31,901 bases of DNA from Gemmatimonadota bacterium (lineage in GTDB: Bacteria; Gemmatimonadota; Gemmatimonadetes; Gemmatimonadales; Gemmatimonadaceae), in contig JANMLN010000188.1 of the NCBI GenBank assembly GCA_031372565.1, positions 1 through 31,901 of the forward strand, written 5' to 3'. Positions 7,469 through 16,138 of this stretch are shown here, in pieces (within the stretch, counting starts at the first letter, position 1; each line of letters opens with the position of its first letter). A program made the position numbers and the translations under genes. The notes below the pieces were generated by a model. The model had not been told where the DNA came from, made no database searches, and saw only the letters and a program-made list of their open reading frames with translations.

Positions 7469-9280
7469 CTACTTGCCCGTCACCTCGATCGTGCGTTCGG
7501 CGTGCAGCGCGATGGCCTGCCCCTTGAGCTCGATGTCGATTTCGATCCGCCACACCCCCTTGTTGAGCGTGGAGATGTCGAGCGAGACCGCACGTGAGGC
7601 GCGATTCACGCCGGGGGTGGTCTGGTCGCCGATGCGCATCGAGACCGGCTCCGTCGCCTTCATGAGGCTGAGTCGCCGCGCCTGACGGGTGAAGAACCCC
7701 GCGTCGTCGATCTCCGGGATGACGGTGATCGTCACCGTGGCCTGCTCACCGGCGGCATCGACGCCATACAGCTCCCAGTACATCCCGATCTTGTCGGTCG
7801 ACTTGAGGCGCAGCACGCCCAGCGCCACCGCGGCGGCTTCGTCGAGCGTGGCGGGTGACTCGCCCCCGGCGCGGTACAGCAGCAGGTCGGAGAGCGTGAC
7901 GCGCGCGCCCACCGACAGCGGCGGCTGAATGCCGTAGCGACTGCGTGCCGCCCACGACTTGGCGAGGTTGCGCAGTTCGGCCGAGAGGAGCACCCCGCCC
8001 CAGCGGGTGCGCGCCATGAGCGAACCGGTGGCGCCCTCGAGGGTGGCCCGTGCGACGCCGGCGCGCAGGCTGCTGTCGGAGACGCTGATGGCGGCCTCGA
8101 AGGGGCCCGCTGGCGCCTTCTGGTCGCGCGCGTCGAAGGCCACGACGACGACGGCCGTATCACCCCGGCGAAAGAGCGCGGCCTGATGGGTCAGCGGCAC
8201 CAGCGTGTTGGCGTAGCTGGGTCCGTAGCGTCCGAACGCCGGGCGATAGTCGGGCGCCCAGAGCGACGAGTCGGTGCGCCACGGATAGTCGAACATCCCG
8301 GTGAGCGGCACGAACGGATAGGCGGGCACGTGCTCGTGTCCCACGATCGACTCCGGCACCCCCTGACCGCGCCCGCGACTCTTGCTCCAGGCCATCGAGC
8401 GCCCGTAGCGAATGAGCATCTCTCGCTCGTCCTTGTTGAAGGCGAACTGATAGGGACTGATCGTGCCGTCGAGGATCTGCGCCATGGTGAGGCGCGCGTG
8501 GAACTCGGAGCGCGCATCGTTGGGGCCCCGTCCGAAGAACGGGCGCGCGAGCCACCAGAAGCGCTGCTCGAAATCGGCCTTCTGCTCGCAGGTCATCTTG
8601 AGGTAGCGACCGCGCAGCGCGTCGTCGAGCAGCATCAGGATGTCGCCCCACCGGCAGCGCTCGAGCGGCGTCATGCGACCCAGCGCATCGGCAAAGGCCG
8701 CCTCGGCTCCGGCAAAGTTGGACGCTTCCTGCAACGCGAGGCCCAGCAGCTGCGCACACCACGGGCCGGTGGCGGTACAGGCTCGCGCCGCCCGTTCGGC
8801 GTCGGCCACACGTCCCGCCTCGAACAGGTAGCGAATGCGCTGCCCGGCAATCCAGCGCTCGCCGGGAAAGGCGACGGCGATGGAGTCGAGCAGGATCAGC
8901 AGTCGCGCGCGCGCCTTGCCGACGGCCGGATCTTCGACCGGCGGCGGTGGCGCCTTGGGATCGTACCAATAGCAGAACGTGCCGATCTGTTCATCGCAGT
9001 CGCCCGAACCGCGGCCCAGGTCGGCTTCGCGCAGCCGCCACCGCCGGTACGCCTCGAAGTCGCGCTGCGCGACGCGCGCGTCTTCGGGGGTCGGTGGCTC
9101 CGTCATGCCGCTGTCGCGCGCGCCCGGCGCCTGATTGGTGTCGATGGCGGGCGCCATGCCCCCGCGGGGCGGACCGGGCGGGAAGCCACCGCCACGACCA
9201 CGTCGCTGCGCGTTGGCGATCCAGGGGAGCGCGGCGGAGCCGAGCAGGAGCGCGATCAGGAGGGGTCGAAGGCGGGGCAT
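7469..9280 (-). CDS. Secreted hypothetical protein with a helical (TPR-like) region and a divergent GWxTD-like segment
   Basis: 603 aa, signal peptide ending ANA|Q, Gly/Pro-rich linker, FWWLARP...NDARSEFHAR...DEREMLIRYG, beta-rich C-terminal domain. Confidence 0.7.
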   Translation of the reverse strand: MPRLRPLLIALLLGSAALPWIANAQRRGRGGGFPPGPPRGGMAPAIDTNQAPGARDSGMTEPPTPEDARVAQRDFEAYRRWRLREADLGRGSGDCDEQIGTFCYWYDPKAPPPPVEDPAVGKARARLLILLDSIAVAFPGERWIAGQRIRYLFEAGRVADAERAARACTATGPWCAQLLGLALQEASNFAGAEAAFADALGRMTPLERCRWGDILMLLDDALRGRYLKMTCEQKADFEQRFWWLARPFFGRGPNDARSEFHARLTMAQILDGTISPYQFAFNKDEREMLIRYGRSMAWSKSRGRGQGVPESIVGHEHVPAYPFVPLTGMFDYPWRTDSSLWAPDYRPAFGRYGPSYANTLVPLTHQAALFRRGDTAVVVVAFDARDQKAPAGPFEAAISVSDSSLRAGVARATLEGATGSLMARTRWGGVLLSAELRNLAKSWAARSRYGIQPPLSVGARVTLSDLLLYRAGGESPATLDEAAAVALGVLRLKSTDKIGMYWELYGVDAAGEQATVTITVIPEIDDAGFFTRQARRLSLMKATEPVSMRIGDQTTPGVNRASRAVSLDISTLNKGVWRIEIDIELKGQAIALHAERTIEVTGK

Positions 9281-9420
9281 TGCGGGCAGTCAGGGTCGGT
9301 CGAACCATCGGGAAGCGGGGCGTGGGCCACCGTCGCCCCTCCCTTACACGCCAGAAGGCTAATCTGTTCGCACGCTGCCCCCTTGCGGTTGAGCGCGGCC
9401 TTGGCGAGCATGGGCATTCC

Positions 9421-10638
9421 ATGTCATTCGTCATCTTTGTCTGTCCGATGTACTCGCCCGCCGCGACGCACATGATCGAGGCGACGGCGGGGCTCGCCGG
9501 CATCCGTTGCGCGGTCATCTGTCCCGAGCCGTGGGACGCCATGCCCCGGCCGGCACGCTCGGCCGTGGTGGGCCATTGGCGCGTCGACAACCTGTTCGAT
9601 GTCAAGCAGCTCGCTGGAGCGGTGCAGGCGCTCTCGGCGCGGCATGGCCCGGTGCATCGGCTCTTGGCCGCGCTCGAACAGCTCCAGGTCCCCATTGCAC
9701 AGGTGCGCGAGCAGTTGGGGATCGAGGGGATGGGGGTCGAGGCGGCCCGCAACTTCCGCGACAAGCACCGGATGAAGGCGGTCTTTCGCGAGCATGGGTT
9801 GCCGTGCGCGAAGGCCGAACTCGCGAACAATGCGGAGGAGGCGGTGGCGGGAGCCAAGCGGATCGGCTTCCCGGTGGTCATCAAGCCACCCGAGGGGGCC
9901 GGCGCCATGGCCACCTTCCGTGCCGACTCCGAGGTGCAGCTGCGCGAGGGGCTCGCCGCCTTCCGTTTTGGCGAGACGCCGACGCTCGTCGAGGAGTTCG
10001 TGCAGGGGAGCGAGCACTCCTGCGAATCGATCACCATCGAGGGGCGCACGATCTGGCAGTCGGTCAGCCACTACCACCCGACGCCGCTCGAGGTCAAAGC
10101 CACCCCCTGGATCCAGTGGGCAGTGCTGCTGCCGCGCGAGCACATGGACCCGGCGTTCGACGACATCCGTTCCGCGGCCGCCAAGGCGCTCTCGGTGCTG
10201 GGCATGGACACCGGCCTCTCGCACATGGAGTGGTTCCGGCGTCCCGATGGCTCGGTGGCCATCAGTGAAGTCGCCGCACGTCCGCCGGGCGCGCAGTTCA
10301 CGACGCTCTTGTCGCGAGCGCACGACGTGGACTTCGTGCAGCTGTGGGCGCGGCTCCTGATCGAGGGCACCTTCGCGATTCCGCCGCGCGCGTACGCCGT
10401 GGGCGCGGCGTACCTGCGGGGACAGGGGCGCGGGCGCGTCAAGGCGGTGCACGGGCTCGACGACGTGGAGCGCACGTTGGGCCCGCTCATCTGCGATCAC
10501 CGGCTGCCGGTCGTCGGCGACACGCCGAAGGACACGTACGAGGGTGACGGCTACATCATCGTCCGTCATCCGGACACGGCGGTGGTCGAGAAGGCCCTCC
10601 GCAAGATCATCACGACCGTTCGCGTCGAGCTCGGCTAG
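9421..10638 (+). CDS. ATP-grasp ligase, copy 1
   Basis: ATG 9421; FRDKHRMK, GFPVVIKPPEGAG, VEEFVQG, SHMEWF and EVAARPPG motifs. Confidence 0.88.
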   Translation: MSFVIFVCPMYSPAATHMIEATAGLAGIRCAVICPEPWDAMPRPARSAVVGHWRVDNLFDVKQLAGAVQALSARHGPVHRLLAALEQLQVPIAQVREQLGIEGMGVEAARNFRDKHRMKAVFREHGLPCAKAELANNAEEAVAGAKRIGFPVVIKPPEGAGAMATFRADSEVQLREGLAAFRFGETPTLVEEFVQGSEHSCESITIEGRTIWQSVSHYHPTPLEVKATPWIQWAVLLPREHMDPAFDDIRSAAAKALSVLGMDTGLSHMEWFRRPDGSVAISEVAARPPGAQFTTLLSRAHDVDFVQLWARLLIEGTFAIPPRAYAVGAAYLRGQGRGRVKAVHGLDDVERTLGPLICDHRLPVVGDTPKDTYEGDGYIIVRHPDTAVVEKALRKIITTVRVELG

Positions 10639-10661
10639 TACACTCCCACCCTCCCCGGTCC

Positions 10662-11882
10662 ATGAACGTCCTCTTCGTCGCCCCCGGCTATCCGGCCGAG
10701 ATGCCCTACTATGTGCGCGGTCTGCGCGCGAACGGTGCCACCGTGTTCGGGCTGGGCGACCAGCAGCCGCACGAACTGCCGCCGATGGCGCGCGAGAACC
10801 TCGCCGACTACGGTCGCTTTCACGGCATCTTCAACGACAACGCGGACTTGGCGCCGGTGCGGGCCTGGCTCGGGGAGCGGAAGATCGACCGTGTGGTGTG
10901 CCAGTGGGAGCCCGGCGTGCTGCTGTGCGGTCGACTGCGCGACTTCCTCGGCGTCCACGGCATGGGATACGAGGCGCTGCTGCCGTTCCGCGACAAGGCG
11001 GTGATGAAGGACAAGATTCGCGAAGCCGGGCTGCGCACGGCGCGCAGCGAGCGCGCCAATACCGAGAAGGGCGTTCGAGACGCCGCCGCGATCGTCGGCT
11101 ATCCGCTCATCGTGAAGCCGATTGCGGGCGCGGGCTCGATGGACACCTTCCGCTGCAACAATGCGGCCGAGCTCGACGCCGCGCTGGCCAAGATGAAGCA
11201 CGTCGACGATGTGGCGATCGAGGAGTTCATCGAAGGGGAGGAGTACACCTTCGATACCGTCTGTCACGAGGGGAAGGTGCTGTTCTGGAATATCTGCTTC
11301 TACCGGCCGCGTCCGTTGATCGCGCGCACGCTGGAGTGGGTATCGCCGCAGACGATGGTGTTGCGCGATGTGGACAACCCCAAGTACGCGGCCGGCAAGC
11401 AGCTCGGCTTCGACGTGCTCAAGGCGCTCGATTTCCAGACCGGCTTCAGCCACATGGAGTGGTACCTCCTGCCCAATGGCGAAGCGGTGTTCGGCGAAAT
11501 CGGCGCGCGTCCGCCCGGCGCGCACACCGTGGACATCATGAACTGGGCGAACGACATCGACCTGTTCCACGGCATGGGCGAAGCCGAGGTGAAGGGGACG
11601 TTCAGCCAGACGGTGGAGCGCAAGTACAACTGCACCTGTCTCACCAAGCGCGCACAGGGGCAGGGGATCATCCGGCGCATCGATGGCGTGGATCAGGTGC
11701 GCCGCACGCTGGGCGATCAGCTGGTCGCGCTCAACCTGCTCAACTTGGGCGACCACCGACGCGACTGGAAGCTGACGCTGCTCGGCGACGGGTGGGTGGT
11801 GGTGCGAGATCCGGATGCGCAGGCGTGCATGGACGCCTGTGATTACGTGGGGCAGACGCTCCAGATGTACGCGATGCCGTAG
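10662..11882 (+). CDS. ATP-grasp ligase, copy 2 (paralog of the upstream gene)
   Basis: FRDKAVMK, GYPLIVKPIAGAG, IEEFIEG, SHMEWY and EIGARPPG motifs. Confidence 0.9.
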   Translation: MNVLFVAPGYPAEMPYYVRGLRANGATVFGLGDQQPHELPPMARENLADYGRFHGIFNDNADLAPVRAWLGERKIDRVVCQWEPGVLLCGRLRDFLGVHGMGYEALLPFRDKAVMKDKIREAGLRTARSERANTEKGVRDAAAIVGYPLIVKPIAGAGSMDTFRCNNAAELDAALAKMKHVDDVAIEEFIEGEEYTFDTVCHEGKVLFWNICFYRPRPLIARTLEWVSPQTMVLRDVDNPKYAAGKQLGFDVLKALDFQTGFSHMEWYLLPNGEAVFGEIGARPPGAHTVDIMNWANDIDLFHGMGEAEVKGTFSQTVERKYNCTCLTKRAQGQGIIRRIDGVDQVRRTLGDQLVALNLLNLGDHRRDWKLTLLGDGWVVVRDPDAQACMDACDYVGQTLQMYAMP

Positions 11883-11910
11883 CGAACCACCGTGGGGCGC
11901 TAGGGCGACC

Positions 11911-12681
11911 TCAGCCCCGCCGCGCCACGTGCCAGGCCACCCCGCCCAGCAGCTTCACCCCGCGCGCCTCGATCACGAACCCGAGGCGCGCGAGTTCGTT
12001 CTCCCACTCCGCAATCGTGCAGAAATGCGCGATGCTCGGCGCGATGTACCCGTACACGATGCCGTGCCCGTGCCACGCGTATCCCACGATTTCGCCGGCC
12101 GCGCGCAGATAGCCGAGCAACACCGTGCGCCAAGCGGCATTCGACGGCCGATAGAAGTCGAGCGTCGCGAGGTACCCGCCGGGCTGGATCGCGCGCGCCG
12201 CCTCGGCCAGCGCGGCGCGCCAATCGGGGGTGTTGCGATAACCGTAGCCTGCCGTGATCGCGTCGAGTTCGCCTTCGGATGCGCCAAGTGCGCCCAGGTC
12301 GCCCTCGACGAACACCGGTGACGGCCCGCCCGTGGCTGACCGGGTGGCGCGCGCCGCGTTCGCCTCGGCGATCATCCGGCTCGAGGCGTCGAGCCCCGTG
12401 ACGTGGAGGTCGGCGCGTCGCCCGAGCAGGCGGAACGCCAAGTCGCCGGTGCCGCACGCGCCGTCGATCACGATGGCGCCCTGCGGCAACCGCGGCACGA
12501 TCGCATCAAGCAGTTCACGCTTCCAGCCCACGTCCATCCCGAACGAGAAGAGGCGCGTGAACGCGTCATAGCGCGGCGCGATGATGTCGAACATCGGCGT
12601 CACGAACTGCTGCTTGCGCGCCGGGTCGGCGAGATGCGCCTCGAGGTCGAGGCCGCGAAGTGTGGGGTCGGCGGGCACCAC
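11911..12681 (-). CDS. UbiE/MenG-family class I SAM-dependent methyltransferase
   Basis: GTG 12681 or 12678; MFDIIAPRYDAFTRLFSFGMDVGWKR and motif I DGACGTGD. The upstream ORF extension is translated repeat. Confidence 0.82.
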   Translation of the reverse strand: MVPADPTLRGLDLEAHLADPARKQQFVTPMFDIIAPRYDAFTRLFSFGMDVGWKRELLDAIVPRLPQGAIVIDGACGTGDLAFRLLGRRADLHVTGLDASSRMIAEANAARATRSATGGPSPVFVEGDLGALGASEGELDAITAGYGYRNTPDWRAALAEAARAIQPGGYLATLDFYRPSNAAWRTVLLGYLRAAGEIVGYAWHGHGIVYGYIAPSIAHFCTIAEWENELARLGFVIEARGVKLLGGVAWHVARRG

Positions 12682-12702
12682 CCAATATGTCGCCGTCCCC
12701 CA

Positions 12703-13012
12703 GTTGTCGCCCTGAGCAAGTTGTCGCCCTGAGCAAGTTGTCGCCCTGAGCGAAGCGAAGGGCCTGCTTGTGCACTTCAGGGGGGGCAAAAGCAGATCCT
12801 CATGTCGCCCTGAGCAAAGCGAAGGGCCTGCTTGTGCAGTTCAGAGGGGGCAAAAGCAGATCCTCATGTCGCCCTGAGCAAAGCGAAGGGCCTGCTTGTG
12901 CAGTTCAGGAGGGGCAAAAGCAGATCCCTATGTCGCCCTGAGCAAAGCGAAGGGCCTGCTTGTGCAGTTAGGAGGGGGCAAAAGCAGATCCTTCGCTTCG
13001 CTCAGGATGACA
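12703..13012. repeat. REP/REPIN-like cluster 2: two 17-bp arm fragments plus four 64-bp tandem units, the last with a complete inverted arm
   Basis: GTTGTCGCCCTGAGCAA at 12703 and 12720; 64-bp units start at 12739, 12803, 12867 and 12931; ends ...GATCCTTCGCTTCGCTCAGGATGACA at 13012. Confidence 0.92.
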
Positions 13013-13051
13013 GTGACTGGCCACCCACATCCCCCACCAGCATATTTCCGC

Positions 13052-13915
13052 ATGCGCGACATGACGGGAGCATTCACCCTCTTGACCGGGGCCGCCGGCG
13101 GCCTCGGGCCGGTCATCGCGCGCACACTCGCCGCGGAGGGCTGTCGCCTCGCCCTGTCTGCGCATCCCGACGACGATCTGGGTCCGGTCGTCGCTGCGAC
13201 CCGCGCCGCTGGTGCCGAGGCCTTTGCCATCCCGTGCGACCTTGCGCTCGAGGGCGCGACGGACGAACTCGCCGAGCGCGCCGAGTCGGCGTTGGGGGGG
13301 CTCGACATTCTGGTCAATGGTGCCGGTATCGAGAAGATGGCCGCCTACGACCAGCTCTCGACTGCCGACATCGCCCGGATGATCGCGATCAACTTCACGG
13401 CGCCCCTGCTGCTCACGCGCGCCGTCCTCCCGGGCATGCTGCTGCGGGGCCGCGGCCACATCGTGAACCTGGCAAGTCTGGCCGGCATCGGCCCGCCCCC
13501 GTACGGCGTGCCCTACGGCGCGACCAAGGCGGGACTCGTCGCCTTCACCCGCGCGCTTCGCACCGAGTGCGCCGACCGGGGCGTGAGTGCAAGCGCGATC
13601 TGTCCCGGCTTTGTGTCGGACGCCGGCATGTACCACCGGATGACGTCGACCTCCGGCGTCGAGTCGCCGGCCTTGCTCGGCACCTGTACGACCGGAGAAG
13701 TTGCAGACGCGGTGCGGCGCGCCGTACTCGACGACGAACCCCTCATCATCGTGAACCCTGGCCCCGTGCGGTTGCTCCGCGCGTTGGAGGCGCTGTTGCC
13801 ACGCACCGGCGACTGGATCTATGGGGCCATGGGCGTGACCACCGTCATGCGCCGATGGGCCGAGCTCAACACCGGGGCCCCCGCGGTCCCGCTGCACGAG
13901 GTACATCCGGAATGA
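13052..13915 (+). CDS. Short-chain dehydrogenase/reductase (SDR)
   Basis: ATG 13052 or 13061; TGAAGGLG, LVNGAG, catalytic Ser and YGATK. Confidence 0.9.
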   Translation: MRDMTGAFTLLTGAAGGLGPVIARTLAAEGCRLALSAHPDDDLGPVVAATRAAGAEAFAIPCDLALEGATDELAERAESALGGLDILVNGAGIEKMAAYDQLSTADIARMIAINFTAPLLLTRAVLPGMLLRGRGHIVNLASLAGIGPPPYGVPYGATKAGLVAFTRALRTECADRGVSASAICPGFVSDAGMYHRMTSTSGVESPALLGTCTTGEVADAVRRAVLDDEPLIIVNPGPVRLLRALEALLPRTGDWIYGAMGVTTVMRRWAELNTGAPAVPLHEVHPE

Positions 13916-15102
13916 CGCCGATCGGCGGCGGTCCCGATACGGGACGGACCAAGGGATTCACGGGATCGGTGTCGGATGCCACGGGCACGACGCTCGCCGA
14001 GCCGCAGGCCGAGAGCGAGACGGAGCCGTCGGTCGGCGTCTCGATGTGGGCGATCGTGTTGGCGGGCGGGATCGGGTCGCGGTTCTGGCCGCTCTCGTCG
14101 CCCGACCGCCCCAAGCAGCTGCTCCCCCTGGTCAACGATCGGCCCCTGATCGCCGACACGATCGCGCGGCTGTACCCGCTCATCCCGCCCGAGCGCGTGC
14201 TCGTGGTCACGAGTCGCGACATCGCCGGCGCGATCCACGCCTGCATTCCGGAAATCCCGCACGCCAACGTGCTGGCCGAGCCGATGCCGCTCGGCACCGC
14301 GGCGTCGCTCGCGTGGGGCGCAAGCGAGATCGCGCGTCGCGCCGGACCCAAGACGGTCTTCTGCTGCCTTCACGCGGACCTGGCCGTGGGGTATCCCGAG
14401 GCGCTCCGCTTCTCGCTCCGTCGCGCGGCCGGCATCGCATCGCGCGACGAGGTGCTCGTGGCCTTGGGCGCCGATCCGAGCCGCAATGACACGGCATTCG
14501 GCTACTTGCTGCCGGGCTCGGCGCTGGACTACGAAGATCCGGTCACCGATGGCGGCGCGGCCAATGTGGCCAAGTTCCGCGAGAAGCCCGATCCCGAGAC
14601 CGCGCTGCGCATGATTGCCGATGGCGCCCTGTGGAACACGGGCATCTTCGTGTGGGAAGCAGGCGAGGTGCTCGACCAACTCGCCGAGCATACCCCCGAA
14701 GTCGAGCCGGGACTCGCCGCGCTGCGCGACAACGACATCGAGCGCTTCGCACACGAGGTCGGGTCGATCTCCCTCGAACGCGGTCTGCTCGAGCGCACCG
14801 ACGACCTGGTCGTGCTGCCCACGGACTGCGGTTGGGACGACGTCGGCACCTGGGCCTGCCTCCGACGCTCGCGCGAACTCGACGACGACGGCAATGGCGC
14901 CATGGGCCCGGCGCACTTCGTGGACGCAACGTCCAACATCGTGCACGCCGAGCATGGCCAGGTGGTGCTCTACGGCGTGCACAAGCTGCTGGTGGTGTCG
15001 CTCGACGGGATCACCTTCGTCACCACGCTCGATCGCGCACGCGACCTGAAGCTGTTGCTCGACCAACTGCCGGGCAGCCTGCGACTGCGCGCAGGGAAGT
15101 AG
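13912..15102 (+). CDS. manC: Mannose-1-phosphate guanylyltransferase (no PMI domain)
   Basis: ATGA overlap with the SDR stop (alt ATG 14044); VLAGGIGSRFWPLS...PKQLL, FREKPD, WNTGIF, GWDDVGTW. Confidence 0.82.
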   Translation: MTPIGGGPDTGRTKGFTGSVSDATGTTLAEPQAESETEPSVGVSMWAIVLAGGIGSRFWPLSSPDRPKQLLPLVNDRPLIADTIARLYPLIPPERVLVVTSRDIAGAIHACIPEIPHANVLAEPMPLGTAASLAWGASEIARRAGPKTVFCCLHADLAVGYPEALRFSLRRAAGIASRDEVLVALGADPSRNDTAFGYLLPGSALDYEDPVTDGGAANVAKFREKPDPETALRMIADGALWNTGIFVWEAGEVLDQLAEHTPEVEPGLAALRDNDIERFAHEVGSISLERGLLERTDDLVVLPTDCGWDDVGTWACLRRSRELDDDGNGAMGPAHFVDATSNIVHAEHGQVVLYGVHKLLVVSLDGITFVTTLDRARDLKLLLDQLPGSLRLRAGK

Positions 15103-15151
15103 TGTTCGACATGCGCACGCGTCACGTTCCCCCATCGAAGGCGTAAGCTCC

Positions 15152-16138
15152 ATGCGCGCTGTCATCTACACCGCTGCGGGCGACGCATCCGTCATCGCGC
15201 TCGGCGAGCGTCCCGATCCCGTGGCTGGCCCGGGTGAGGTCATCGTGCGCGTGCGCGCCTCCGCGCTCAACCGCGCCGACATCCTGCAGCGACAGGGCCG
15301 GTATCCGCCACCGCCGGGCGCCCCGGCCGATATCCCCGGCATCGAGTACGCGGGCGAGATCGCCGAGTTGGGTGCGGGGGTCGATGGATGGAAGCTGGGC
15401 GATCGCGTCTTTGGATTGGCGGATGGCGGCGCGCACGCCGAGCTCGTGCGCGTGCACGCGACACATCTGGCGCGCGTTCCGGTCACGCTCGACTGGACCG
15501 CCGCGGCCGCGGTGCCCGAGGCGTACATGACTGCGCATGATGCGCTGGTCACGCAGGGCGGCCTCGTGCGCGGATCGCGCGCGATCGTCACGGCGTGCGG
15601 CTCCGGCGTGGGCACGGCCGCGCTGCAGCTCATTCGCGCCTGTGGCGCCGAGGGGTTCGGCACCACCCGCTCCGCCGACAAGCTCGAACGCGCGCGCCTG
15701 CTCGGCGCGAATGGCGGCATCGTGCTCGCGGCCGATCCTGCGCCGATGGCCGACGCGATCAAGGCGTGGAGCGGTGGCGCGGGCGCCGACGTTGCCTGTG
15801 ACCTGATCGGCGGCCCGTACGTGGGCGCGTGTGTGGCCAGCATGGGGCTCAAGGGACGCGTGATTGTCGTCGGCCTGCTCGCGGGACTGAGCGTCCCGCT
15901 CGATCTGGGCGTGCTGCTGCGCCGCCGCCTCACGGTGCGTGGTACCGTGCTTCGGTCGCGCGATGTGGCCGAGAAAGCGGCGGTCACGGCGGCATTCGCG
16001 CACGACGTGCTGCCGCTGCTCTCCGATGGTGCCTGCCAGCCCGTCGTGCATGCGGTGTATCCGTTCAGCGCGATGGCCGACGCGCACCGCGCCATGGAAG
16101 CGGGCGACCCCTTCGGCAAGCTCGTCGTGGCCTGGTGA
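15152..16138 (+). CDS. NAD(P)H-quinone oxidoreductase, PIG3/zeta-crystallin (MDR) family
   Basis: LNRADILQRQGRYPPPPGA...PGIEYAGEI, SGVGTAA, GTVLRSR, GKLVV. Confidence 0.92.
   Translation: MRAVIYTAAGDASVIALGERPDPVAGPGEVIVRVRASALNRADILQRQGRYPPPPGAPADIPGIEYAGEIAELGAGVDGWKLGDRVFGLADGGAHAELVRVHATHLARVPVTLDWTAAAAVPEAYMTAHDALVTQGGLVRGSRAIVTACGSGVGTAALQLIRACGAEGFGTTRSADKLERARLLGANGGIVLAADPAPMADAIKAWSGGAGADVACDLIGGPYVGACVASMGLKGRVIVVGLLAGLSVPLDLGVLLRRRLTVRGTVLRSRDVAEKAAVTAAFAHDVLPLLSDGACQPVVHAVYPFSAMADAHRAMEAGDPFGKLVVAW

Noticed and set aside
8947..9420. 158-aa N-terminal extension of ATP-grasp copy 1
   Set aside because: It overlaps the divergent gene 7469..9280, is Arg-rich low-complexity sequence, and the paralog aligns from ATG 9421.
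12739..13012. CRISPR array (64-bp period)
   Set aside because: The apparent spacers are near-copies of each other, the repeat is the arm of a dispersed palindromic element found at two other loci, and there are no cas genes.
12682..13051. Long N-terminal extensions of ORFs 11911..12789, 12832..15102 and 12896..13915
   Set aside because: They are translations of the repeat (VALSKAKGLL, RSFASLRMT, CHPERSEGS-type peptides). The real starts lie outside the array.
15829..16134. N-terminal extension (possible metal-binding domain) of the P1B ATPase
   Set aside because: It lies inside the quinone oxidoreductase CDS; GTG 16135 with a GTGA overlap is the more plausible start.
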